A DNA stretch of 64,000 nt, taken from positions 310,001 to 374,000 of the forward strand of contig NW_026782306.1 of NCBI RefSeq assembly GCF_031769215.1. Direction: 5' to 3'. Below, piece by piece: positions 1 to 13,700 of this stretch. Position 1 is the stretch's first letter. Each line of letters starts with the position of its first letter. The notes under the pieces are model-generated. The model had not been told where the DNA came from and ran no database searches. It saw only the letters and a program-made list of their open reading frames with translations. Origin of the DNA: Ylistrum balloti (lineage: Eukaryota). Position numbers and translations under genes: made by a program.

Positions 1-1415
1 CCGCGCTTTCAACTTCTAGAGAAACAGAAACTAACAGAGATAACGTCTACACCCAACAGCTTGAATCTTTACCGAGGTTAATAGGTCAAATAATCTACAA
101 ATCAAGGTATCACGGTAAGTACATGTATTATAACTAAAATACTTAAATACAAAATATATTACGTTGTACTTTTGTCTTAAAGAATCTTCTATATAATTGG
201 ATAGCAAATACAAGAAAGAAGATAATTTTTCGTTATCTAACTTCCTGTTTTCCTTTTTTGCTGGCTGTCTACATCTTTTAGTTATTAATTACTAAATATT
301 CCGATTGAGTCATTTATTACCTCAAAATGATGGAAACAAAAAACACCGTAATTTTCCTACATAATGGAATTGTCCCTAATGATGTGCGGTGCCGGTTATA
401 TAATAATGTGAAGTTCCTACGGATTTCCGTTATTTATTGTATAAAAACACACGTTATATTGGAATTGTTAGTACATTGATTTATACAAACAGGTTTTTTT
501 AAGGAACTCCAGCAGTTTTTGTCTTATCAATAATGTTACCTTAATATTTCAACGCAGATCGTGATTTCTAATTAGATTTTTGTGATGCCGTATCGTTTTG
601 GAGCATAGGAAAAGAATGTAATATTGTTGCTATTTCAGGATTATAGGATAAGTAATTAAAATATTTCTTAACCTCCTGATCAATGGTTGACGGATCATCT
701 GTCCTTCTACACTCAAGTTATTGTTATATGACTGAGAAAATCCTCTCTTGTAATTAACTCTGAGGTCTCTCACTGGTTTCGACAAAATGCGATGTTAACC
801 TCAAACCGACAAATTCTTGCACGAGCGATTGATACCGCAAATTAATAACTTAGTCTGAAATTATTAACAGGGAATTTCCATGACGCGATATACTTTCGAC
901 CAATGAGAAGGCAGCTTTATCTGTTTTTTCAAACATGGCAGACGACCAGAGTTGTCAAGAAAGCCGATTAGCTCCAATGTCTGAAGAAGATTTACGAAGA
1001 CTTATAAGGTGGTATCTTCGTATTAACCTACAAAAGTCGATAATTGTTTAATGTCGCAATGATCCTTCGATTTTTTATCGAAGGCACAGTTCCCTTTTTC
1101 GACATTAATCGCTTTTAAGCGATCACAGATATCTATGTTTCTGTTTCCAGACAAGTTAATTTGTATCCTCCATATCATCCATCAGCTGGTACACACAGAC
1201 AATTTGATGTCACATGCTCAAAGAATGCTGAGGCGAATGATAAATGTTCATGAAGAACGCAGCCCCTACATTTCCTAACTGCAGACGTCTGCGATTTTTC
1301 ACGTCTTTAAACGTGACGAACTGTTCCTAAAAACAAAATTTTTAAACACATGCAATTAGTGAGTGAAACTGTGTAACATAGGTCTGTGTTATTCTCTAAA
1401 GTGTTGAGACTGAAA

Positions 1416-1697
1416 GATTGAAATGGTTACATACCTCATTGTTGAGTATTGTGACTGCAAGATTGAAATGGTTACATACCTCACTGTTAAGTATTGTGAC
1501 TGCAAGGTTGAAATGGTCACATACCTCACTGTTGAGTATTGTGACTACATGACTGAAATGGTTACATATCTCACTGTTAAGTATTGTGACTACATGACTG
1601 AAATGGTGACATACCTCACTGTTGAGTATTGTGACTGCATGGTTGAAATGGTTACATACCTCACTGTTTAGTATTGTGACTGCATGGTTGAAATGGT
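1416..1697 (-). repeat. 45-bp tandem repeat (~6.3 copies) spanning the exon 3' end and donor site
   Basis: Plus-strand unit gaaatggttacatacctcactgttgagtattgtgactgcatggtt, which translates as [15 protein letters not shown] on the minus strand. Confidence 0.95.
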
Positions 1698-1750
1698 GGT
1701 GTTCCATTGTGCCGTTGGTACCGTACAACTGAGCAAGCGCAGATCCAGTT
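1660..1750 (-). CDS. PDE11A: PDE11-like exon, catalytic domain: (K)[30 protein letters not shown]
   Basis: 91 nt, phase 2-0. Acceptor tttgcag, donor GAG|gtatgt. EHHH motif. In ORF track at 1396..1854. Confidence 0.95.
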
Positions 1751-4700
1751 CTGCAAACCAGTAAGTCAGCTGTTAGTACAGGTAGTAACGATATTGAATC
1801 GTGTTGATATTTTAAAACCAAGGATAATGGTTTAGATATTTGATATAATAACACTCAGAAGAAAACTAGATTATATCACCTATCACCCTGTTAATTGTTC
1901 AAATACAATGTCACGACTCATACTGATGTCAATCCTTGTCATAAACCAACGTTTCGTTACATCACTGTACAAGGTATGCTAGTCGTCACAGCCAACATTA
2001 ACATTGCTTCTAAGGAACAGATGTAAATGTTATCTGAGATTAATTATAGTGCAGAAGGGCAATCAATACATTAAACACGCTTGTTTAACATCACTGTCGA
2101 GTCCTAGGACAAAACACTTGTATGATGCAGTCTAATCTAAATTTTATCGAAAGGCGCTTTTCACTTTCCGAACCAATATAGTGCCCCGTCACATTCCGAA
2201 CCAGAAAGTTCTCTAACCAAAATAATTGTCCTCTACTAAAATAGCTACCTGTCTTTCCCGAACTAAAATAGATCCTCACTCTATCCCGCACGAAAAAAGT
2301 CCTTTGTCCAATCCCGCACCAAAATAGATCCTCGTTCTACCCCGCACCGAAAAAAGTCCTTTGTCCTATCCCGCACCAAAATAGATCCTCGTTCTACCCC
2401 GCACCGAAAAAAGTCCTTTGTCCTCTCCCGAGTCAAAGAGGTTCTGAAAGAATGTATTGCCTTTCTCGAACCAAAAAATCCCCTTCATATCCCCTTCTTA
2501 AATAGTTCCGAATCCTATCCTGAACCAGAATAATTTCCCGTCATATCCACAGCAAAATAGCTACCCTTCTGGTCCCGAACCAAAACAGTTAATTATCCTG
2601 TCCTGAAAAAAAACAAACTACCCGTCCTAGCATTAAACAATATAGTTTCCCGTCCAACCCCAATCTGCTTTCGTTAAGTGGTTCAGCAGCTGAAACACTT
2701 GTACATAAATCATCCGTATGTTGATGTTGTACTGACTTGTACATAAATCATCCGTATGTTGATGTTGTACTGACTTGTACATAAATCATCCGTATGTTGA
2801 TGTTGTACTGACTTGTACATAAATCATCCGTATATTGATGTTGTACTGACTTGTACATAAATCATCCGTATATTGATGTTGTACTGACTTGTACATAAAT
2901 CATCCGTATATTGATGTTGTACTGACTTTTGCTGGAAGGCGTTGTTAGTACCCCTGTGATCTAGGTCATGACAAAGACATCCAACCACCAACGCTAATGT
3001 CTCCTTGTCCGACAGGTGTCGCTTTACTCCACTTCTCTATAACAAAATCATCATTTTAAAACATAATCCAGCTTGAGACCAGCCAGTAACAATCAAATAG
3101 TGAGGTAGTTAATCACTCTCCTATCAGCAAAAGCTGAAATAGATCTGCGTTTACGAACTTGTTAACAAGTTATTTTATAAGTTTACGAACTTGTCAACAA
3201 GTTATTTTATTAGTTTATGAAGTTGTAAACAAGTTATTCAAAAAATGTATGAACTTGTTAACAAGTTATTTTATAAGTTTATGCAAACGTCTTTGAGGTT
3301 TGCTCTATTTTAAACTTTTAAAGTTGTTTTTTGAAGTTTTTTTTTCTTTATTATAGCTTAAAGCAGATTTGATTTCGATTTTATTCCATTTCCGACGTAA
3401 GCTATCAAAAAGAACTAAACAAAATAATTACAGTATCGTTAGTGAAGTAACATATTTAGACTTTTGTATGCCACTGACGTTATACATAGATGTTCGTAAG
3501 GATTTACTCTGCCGATGAAAGCACTGCTTATCTAGGCCATATCACTATATATATTATCGGCAAACAGTCCATGCTCTAGTTAAATTAACCATTCTAGAAT
3601 AGTGAAATAATATCAATAAGCACATAAGCATAAGGTGATATATTTTTCTCCTACAATTCACAAAGAATCTTTGACAGGAGTTCTCTTATGTTTATTTTTT
3701 CAGATACCCACGTAATTACAAAACTTCAGAGCAGAATGACGCAGTTACAGCCTAAACATGTTGACAATTTTTATAAGGTTCCCGCATGCTAAGTTTTTAT
3801 TAAAGAAATCGAACTGTTTCGCAAGCTTCACCTTTAAGGAAGCGAACATAGTCTGACACACGTTAAATGCATGTCTCCAGTTGTGGTAGGCAACGTTTCG
3901 GTAGTTTTTCCTTACTGTCAGCAGCCATCGACACAGAACCTAAACAAAACGAAAGTAAAACATTCTCATTCCACATCAATTCGACGAATGTCACAAACAT
4001 TGGCATTATAGAGAAGCATTAGACACGAAAAAAGTAAAACGTACATACAACACCAGACATGACGGAAATTTCTTCAAATCCCATTGTTTTTGAGACTCTC
4101 ATGAAATAGATATGAATGACAAAATCAATTTTCTCGTGTTGTCTCTTGACTCCACTTCTCTATATCGTCACTAAGGTCCTGACGGGCACAGGTCATTTCA
4201 TCCGTTATCCAGGCGACATTCATATTGCACATAAATTCAAATTGACTAGTGTTCAGTGGTCAGGTAGGTTTTCATTAAAGTGCAGAAGAATAAGTTAATG
4301 AACGCGTGGATCGTGAATTCCACGTGTCAATCAATTAAAAATCTTACCTCGTAATCAATTTTAAACTTCCTAATGAATCCTAAATCTTTGAAAATTCTAA
4401 TAGAGGCCACCAACATCTCGTCTTTGGTGAGAGAGAAATCGTTAAATCTATGACTGTCCAGTTTCCATTCCGTGGTCTCCGGTACTTTCTGGCTCTGTGT
4501 GGAAAGTGAACATCGCTTGAGAGTGGAAATGGTTTCAAATGTAAATAAACAATAACTGTATTTATCGGTATTGTTTTCCTTAAGGACGTATGAAGGTATG
4601 ACGTCAAAAATGTCATAGAAATTTTAAAAAACCGCTTCAATCGTATATTTTCAAAAACTTCGTGCTTTAATAGAAAGAAATTTAGGGAATTTTAACCAAT

Positions 4701-7700
4701 TATCCACTTTGTCAAGATAAAGAAACAAACTAAAGTAACTATTTAAAAAATTATGATCCTCGTCAAATTAAGATACTACCATAGCAACGTCATCTCGGCC
4801 GTTCTACAGCAATAGTTTATTTTATAGGGAAACAAAATATACAAAAACACCCAATTTATGTATACAACGTATGAAATTAATTAATTCAATACTTGACGAA
4901 GTGATAGGGTTAAGAGGTCAAGACGTAAGAGCAGACGGATTTTGGCACCGTTACGTCATTCAAAAATCCAGCAAAACGTCCTCTTTAATCACTAAATTGT
5001 AATTCTTGTTTAGGTTTGGAATCTCAAACTCCAGATTAAATAGATGTCTTAATGACTCAGCGGTGCCCACATCACTGAATTGTAATTGAATTGTCTAAAT
5101 ACACATACACTCTGACGTGATACTGCACGACTATTTAAAATATTTACTTTTTTATCCATAACGTGCAAGACAAAACATTTGGTTAGATATCATTTTGTCA
5201 CTGAATGACACTATAATACTGGATTGTACTAACAGTAATCGGATATCATCACATTTAAGTAAAACGGATCCATCCAATCAAAACTATTAGCTCGATCACA
5301 TGATTTATGAATGATATATTGCTTTCCCGATCACTTACACGATGACTTACCTTAAGTCGCACCACGTCTGTGGCTGATACACCAGAATGGTAGGATAGAG
5401 TCTAAAATAACAGAAATCGATAGATGAGATTTCTTCGGAAAGTATTGATCTCTTTATGTGGTAGTGTTAGATATACATCAAACTCTTCCTTGGGGCTTTT
5501 AGATCAGGTGAATTATTTCAATAGAAATGATATAAAATTTCATGTCTGATATATGCTTGCTCTATACTGTAATCTGATTTGTAGCAATTTCGCCTCCACA
5601 AGCCGATCTTCTTTGTGATTTAAACACGTAAGGTACGTCAGAGGTGGTGCATCTGTTATATGTTTGTAATACTATTAATATTGATTGGACAGAGCATCAA
5701 GGGGAACAAGAAACCAGATTGGAGAATGTTAACTTATGATACACTCAAAAATTCGATTATAATCTATCAGGTTAGATTTAAACTTTCCTGTCGAGAACGC
5801 TGAATTCTCAGATGCCTCTTTGGTTTCAAAACTAAGGACCATAGAATCACTTACTAGCCGAAGAAAGACGAAATCGCTTTATCGTCCAGTTTGATTCATT
5901 ATCTGGCTTGACTTGTTTTTATTAGATTTATTTATTAGTAAATTTCTATTCACTAATGCGTCTTTTATACTGTCTTAACTTGGTAAATTTTACACGCATA
6001 GCTCATAATTTACTTTTTAATCCTGAACAAGTCGTCCATTCCCTTTTTCGTCATTAAGGTAGAAATTTTATTCCAAAGCAGTACATATTGTCCGTTAATT
6101 CTGTGTTAAAACACGTCATATTCACACTCTCGTTTCAGATAAAACACATCATATGCACGCTCTCGTTTCAGATAAAAGACATCATATTCACACTCTCGTT
6201 TCAGATAAAAGACATGTCACTCGTACTCTCGTCTTATAGTAACACCTGTTCACCAATGCTTTTGTCTCCGAGTCAAAAACGTGACAAACCATTTTCTTTA
6301 TGGACAAGATGAGAGAGATTTCTTAACAGCAAGAGAGCAAAAGAGGGGAGATAAGAAGTATAAAAAATCCATTCGGCTGCCATAATTCCTACATTTGTCC
6401 TGTTACTTGATTTTCGATAAACATTGCGGGTTTTCATATCTTTATAATGGTTGTAGAATTCTTTAAGAACACCATAATAAACATGGACATTTCTGGTATT
6501 AAGCATGTTGTTTCTATCTGTCGACATTGAAGAAGCAAATCTATGACAGTGTGTATGTTGATAATCTCAATAATTCCATCCTACGTCTGCAGGAGTTATC
6601 TGGAAAGGGGCCATTCTTATGACGAATTCTTATAAATAAGGTAAAATGTTTTCTCGCTACGAGATCAGCGACCTTTTGTCCATATTTGATGTCCTATTCC
6701 TCATTTTACGTTTGAGTTGCGACACATTATTGTATCGGCGTTTACTTGTTTTTGTTGTCTTATTTACACCAACAAAAACTGCAGCTAAATTTACCTTTTT
6801 TCGTAAGAGATTTTTTAGATTGATGATGTAGTTTAATTCATTGTTTGTCTCAACTGTATCTCAAAAAAAAATTAAAATCGTATGTAAGGGTGTGCCTTTT
6901 GTACAATCATTGAGATTGCAGGTGATATACACTGCTGATGGACATTTTGTGGTACAATTTAAAAATGCATTCACGTCTTTGACGTTATTCGAAAATCATC
7001 TGATATTTGAAAATTATTAAATGATGGGGCTAGTTCACCTTCCCATCTAGATATGGAATATCCTTTCGATCACTTTGAATTTTCCTCATTCGCCTTCTAG
7101 GATTTAAAATTTAGGCCTTTAGTATCACTGACGAGTTCAAAAACAGCTGCATGGTAAAGTTTAATGCATTGTTTGGCTCTACTGTATCTAACACTAAATG
7201 TGTGTCTTTTGTATAGTTTCAGAATACACAGAGTAACACTGTAACAGGAAGTATAACATTTTTCTCCAGTATCTGTCACTTTACATTAGGTATGTCGGTA
7301 CATGTATACGATTGTTCCCGACTCTACATACCTCTAACGTGACTGCTTGTTTCGATAACAATAGAGCTATCTCCTCGTACAGAACACAGTTGTTGATTCC
7401 CAAACCGCAGAATATCGTAAAAGCCTGTAAAAATCCATAAAGGATTGTAAGAAAAAACATTTTACGTAAAAATGAATGTCAAAATTCATAAAAAGATTTC
7501 TTTGCGATTGACCAGGTGGTCATGATGTGACGTATTTACAGAGTTACTTGATTAACATTCTTCTAAAATAACTTAATTCCTAACTAATGTGTCACGTCTA
7601 CGATATCACACATGTTTTAATATATCAACATTCAGGAAGCCTTCTCAGAGTCCGCTACAGTAATGGCACTTACTTCAAACAGCTGGTCGTCATGTTCATC

Positions 7701-10700
7701 AAAGGAAAAACCGTCGGATTTGTTCATTACCTGAGCGACTCCTGTCAGATAGAAAAAATATATATAATTTTAAAGTAATATATTATATACTCCCCCGTGT
7801 TACATATAGTTTATATAAATCTACACATACAACTTTATAAGGAATATAAACTCCCACGTGTTACATAAAGCTATTGTAAATCTATACACACTACCTTATA
7901 AGGAATATAAACTCCCTTGTGTTACATAGTTTATATAAATCTATACACACAACTTTATAAAGAATATAAACTCCCACGTGTTACATAAAGTTATTGTAAA
8001 TCTATACACACTACCTTATAAGGAATATAAACTCCCTCGTGTTACATAGTTTATATAAATCTATACACACTACCTTATAAGAATTATAAACTCCCTCGTG
8101 TTACATAGTTTATACAAATCTACACATACAACTTTATAAGGAATATAAACATCCACGTGTTACATATAGTTATTGTAAATCTATACACACTACCTTATAA
8201 GGAATATAAACTCCCTCGTGTTACATATAGTTATTGTAAATCTATACACACTACCTTATAAGGAATATAAACTCCCTCGTGTTACATAGTTTATATAAAT
8301 CTACACATACAACTTTATAAGGAATATAAACATCCACGTGTTACATAAAGTTTATATAAATCTATACACACAACCTTATAAGGGATATAAATCCCCACGT
8401 ATTACTTATAGTTCATAGAAATCTATTTAAATATCTTTAAAAGGAATACAACTTCCCACGCGAAAGCCTTGAAGAGGAACTGGTTGTAATCTGTTTTATC
8501 TGATTGATATCACAACTACAAAATGACTGAATCTTTCATTTTTCTGATAGAAGTATTTGTTTCATGAAAACCAATCTTTGGTAAGATGAAGATGTCTATA
8601 TATAATGATGATGAAACAAAGCAACTTGCTGCGTAGCATCACCGAATCACGAGTATTTTATATCGATGATGACGTGGGCGACTCTCAAATACCATCATCT
8701 CGTGCGGAATCAGCAACGACATTCCAACTTAAATAAGGTCTCAAAAGTTCAAGATGAACATCGAATGCTTTTATATTTCTATTTGTTTGTGAAATAACGT
8801 CGTGCTAATCTGGTAAATAACACAATTGTTTGAGATCAAACGGGGTTTACGGTATCGTTCTCTGCATCCCTGCAACATTTCATGACAACATTTACGAGTG
8901 AAATAACTTGATTGGCCTAGTGTGGAATTCCAAAGGAAAAAAATCTCAGTAATCAAAGGCTGATACACTGCTTTGAAAATTACAAAAGAGCGACATCCAA
9001 CTTCAAAGCACGTGCAATATACTGTTATGAGACCTCGAGATTCATTTGATGTACATCAAAGGCTTGTCTTCTCGTCTTATCCACAAGGTGACGCATATAG
9101 ACCTGTCCGTGAAACTTTCCATAGATGTAGAGAGTGCTAGTGAGCGTAACCACTCAAGTGTTAAGATGGGTTTCCTTGTGACGGTGATAAATTATCCTAA
9201 AACTCCGGCATCTATTTATGATTATATAACGGTGACGTTTGTTACCGTTATCTTGTTTATGCTTCCCATAATGTCAGCGAATTCCTTGTTGAATGGCATT
9301 TCACGTGTTGCTACGGAATTCTACACAAGATTATACATTACGGTAAATACCCTACTACAAGTAACATGTTTCAGTGACATTCTACTCTAGCTTACAATTA
9401 ATATGAATAATCTACTGCTCAATCACGTGGTCTTGCATAATACCTTTAATGTAATAAAGCTTTTATCTGGCTGTAAATATCCTACTTCTTGTAATGTGCT
9501 TCTGTATAATCCTTATCTAGCTTTTATCTTACAATTAAATATTTCTGTATAATCCTTATCTAGTTTTTATCTTACAATAAATATTTCTGTATAATCCTTA
9601 TCTAGCTTTTATCTTACAATAAATATTTCTGTATAATCCTTATCTAGTTTTTATCTTACAATAAATATTTCTGTATAATCCTTATCTAGCTTTTATCTTA
9701 CAATAAATATTTCTGTATAATCCTTATCTAGTTTTTATCTTCCTTTAAGTATCCTACTTCACGTGTTTGTGTATACTCGTTTTTTATCTTTTATCTCACA
9801 ATTAATATACAACTCATGTAACATGTTCCTATTTAATCCTTTTTTTCTTCAGCTTTTAAATTAATATTCTGCACGTAATGTTTTTCTGCACTTTTTAAAA
9901 TGTCTTTTTACTTACTGTAAGTATCCTGTTAGATGTAATGTGTTTCTGTAATTCTTTATTTTAGCTTTTTTTCTTACTTTAAATATCCTTTGACCTGTCT
10001 CTATATAATCCTTATTCACCTTATATCACTAAGAATAACCTACTATGCGTCCAGTTTCCTGTGAAATTCTATGAACGTCTGGGCCATGTTTTATAGAGTG
10101 CAGAATGATTCCCTGACCCCTGAACCTCGGAGACTTTGTCATTAATATCTCATTAGACCTGGAATGGTTGGAAACTAAACCTTATTTAAGCATACGAGTA
10201 CATTTGAACGATGATGTATCTGTGGAAGTGACTACTAGTATTGAACAGTGTCTGATATACACAAAGCTAATGGTAGACCGGTTTCTTTGATGTACGTAAA
10301 ACGTTTTTAGAATTCCAGAAGGGAATCTGGTATTTTCAAAATAGTACCAGGTCCCAGATGTTTGTACTCTCAAAGAAAAAGTACAAATGTACCCATTGTG
10401 ACAGATACAACGCTTTAACTGATGTTTCATCAAGATAAAATTTTCCCTCCTGAAGACATCATAACGGCTCAGGCAGTAAAACAATACGATTCCGAGAAAC
10501 GGCGATAGCTATGTTCTCTTCAGAAAATCGTTTGTCACTTGCAATCATTGCACCATTCTGATGCATCGACACCGGCACGGCCATCAAAATCGTATGAAAT
10601 GTGTTCTTTCTTTATAATTGAACCAGTAAAGGTTATACACATGCTATGACTTTGGGTAATGATGTGGTTTCTACTATCCCGCTTTCACAATGACGTTATG

Positions 10701-13700
10701 TAAACCACTAAGTCAGTTAAAACCACATGTCAATCAGCGAGGAAGAAAACACATTTCACAGACATATTTAAGGGGAAAAAAAACATTTCACAGACATATT
10801 TGAGGAAAAAACACATTTCACAGACATATTTGAGGAAAAAACACATTTCACAGACATATTTGAGGAAAAAAGACATTTCACAAACATATTTGAGGGAAAA
10901 AAACATTTCGCAGACAAATTTGAGGGATAAAAACATTTCACAGACATATTTGAGGGAAAAAAAACCATTTCACAGACATATTTGAGGGAAAAACCATTTC
11001 ACAGACATATTTGAGGGAAAAAAGACATTTCACAGACATATTTGAGGGAAAAACCATTTCACAGACATATTTGAGGAAAAAAAGACATTTCACAAACATA
11101 TTTGAGGGAAAAAAACATTTCGCAGACAAATTTGAGGGATAAAAACATTTCACATACATATTTGAGGGGAAAAAAAACATTTCACAGACATATTTGAGGG
11201 AAAAACCATTTCACAGACATATTTGAGGGAAAAAGACATTTCACAGACATATTTGAGGGAAAAACCATTTCACAGACATATTTGAGGGAAAAAAAAGACA
11301 TTTCACAAACATATTTGAGGGAAAAACCATTTCACAAACATATTTGAGGGAAAAAAACATTTCGCAGACATATTTGAGGGAAAAAAGACATTTCACAAAC
11401 ATATTTGAGGGAAAAAAACATTTCGCAGACAAATTTGAGGGATAAAAACATTTCACATACATATTTGAGGGAAAAACCATTTCACAGACATATTTGAGGG
11501 AAAAGAACAAAACATTTCACAGAGATATTTGAGGAAGAAAAACCATTTCACAGAGATATTTTGGTATCAGATATAACGACGACCGCCCTGTCCACAGGAC
11601 ATGGCCCTTAAGCTCCTGTGGGTGTACAACTATGTTCAAAGCACTGACAGAATACTATAACGTGATTTGGGAGAAATAACGTCATGTTAGTTGTGTTCTG
11701 ATCTAGGAGCTACACGTCACTTCTGTCTGTAGAGCACGAATCCATGTTGTAGGAGATGATAAAAGTGTGCACAAGGCTGTAAACAAAGTATAATTACCAG
11801 GAGCTTTACATAGAACCCTAAAGGACAATCCGACCTAGTGTTCTCAGTGGAAAAGCTAACAAGCGTTAACTGCACTGAAGGGAGGTGTTCTCAGTGGAAA
11901 AGCTAACAAGCGTTAACTGCACTGAAGGGACTTTTATATGATTTGTATCATATTGTCTATTCATATGCTTTTCTGACTTTCTATGAATGTCAGTGTGGTA
12001 GGAAGAAAATATTAAGAAAAAACTTTTGCCGTGCTAACATTCCTGTTCTATTTATAGCTAATCAGTTAAAAAAAATTCGAATAACCCCGTGCACGCGACG
12101 GTCCTCTTTTGCTATAAATGAAATATGAACTACGGTAGAAAGAAAATAGTAAAAAGACAAACAAACTTACCGATTGTTTTTGACTCTCTGTTTCGTATCG
12201 GCTTGCACAGTATTGACCTCATAGTGATGTTTCCACATTTGTCGACCTGTATAACAATCACGTACATACATGTCGGAGTTACGGTATACTTCGTTATATC
12301 AGTACTTACAGCTCTAGCCTAAAGTTATTTCTTAATTCTATTTCTGAGATATTTCACAAATGTCTTAATAATGAAAATCGTTAATAGTTGAGAAAAATAT
12401 CAGCTACAATATATTTTCAACAAGTAGAGAGCCTAATTCAACATCTATAAATTAGTTAATGTTATTAGAAAGCATGCATCGTGTGTCTCACTACTAGTAA
12501 ATCATAAATGGAATGATAATCAAGTTGTTAGACTCAGAGATTTAAATTTGTTTATATTACGATTATCTCCCTTCCATCAAATGTTAGATTCAATAATTGA
12601 TAAAGCTATTAAAGACTTCTCTAATTCCTTTGTGATATTTCTCATTATCTTTTTTTAATTTTTCGTGTAAAGCAGGCAATGCAGATGTAGACTGACATAC
12701 CTCTTGTTCGAAACGACAATCCTGTTCGGCATCCGAAATATTGATTGTCTCCCCTGTAATCAGCACGTGTTCCGCAATCTTGTTACCAAACTTCATGTCT
12801 GAAGAGTTTTCAGGGCTATTAACGGCAGAAATGGAACTAACAAACAGCAAGACTCGTGTAAGGTAAAACGTCACCTATATCAAATACTTAATTGAAATAC
12901 TTAATTGAATTTTTTTTGGTCAATCGAGAGATCCTGTTTTTACATTTAACTATCTACTATCCAATGAGAAGGCAATCCCCCCTGTTTACTATATATGATC
13001 TATTCTGTGTTGGTTTGTTTGGTCAATCGAGAGATCCTGTTTTTACATTTAACTATCTACTATCCAATGAGAAGGCAATCCCCCCTGTTTACTATATATG
13101 ATCTATTCTGTGTTGGTTTGTTTGGTCAATCGAGAGATCCTGTTTTTACATTTAACTATCTACTATCCAATGAGAAGGCAATCCCCCCTGTTTACTATAT
13201 ATGATCTATTCTGTGTTGGTTTGTTTGGTCAATCGAGAGATCCTGTTTTTACATTTAACTATCTACTATCCAATGAGAAGGCAATCCCCCCTGTTTACTA
13301 TATATGATCTATTCTGTGTTGGTTTGTTTGGTCAATCGAGAGATCCTGTTTTTACATTTAACTATCTACTATCCAATGAGAAGGCAATCCCCCCTGTTTA
13401 CTATATATGATCTATTCTGTGTTGGTTTGTTTGGTCAATCGAGAGATCCTGTTTTTACATTTAACTATCTACTATCCAATGAGAAGGCAATCCCCCCTGT
13501 TTACTATATATGATCTATTCTGTGTTGGTTTGTTTGGTCAATCGAGAGATCCTGTTTTTACATTTAACTATCTACTATCCAATGAGAAGGCAATCCCCCC
13601 TGTTTACTATATATGATCTATTCTGTGTTGGTTTGTTTGGTCAATCGAGAGATCCTGTTTTTACATTTAACTATCTACTATCCAATGAGAAGGCAATCCC

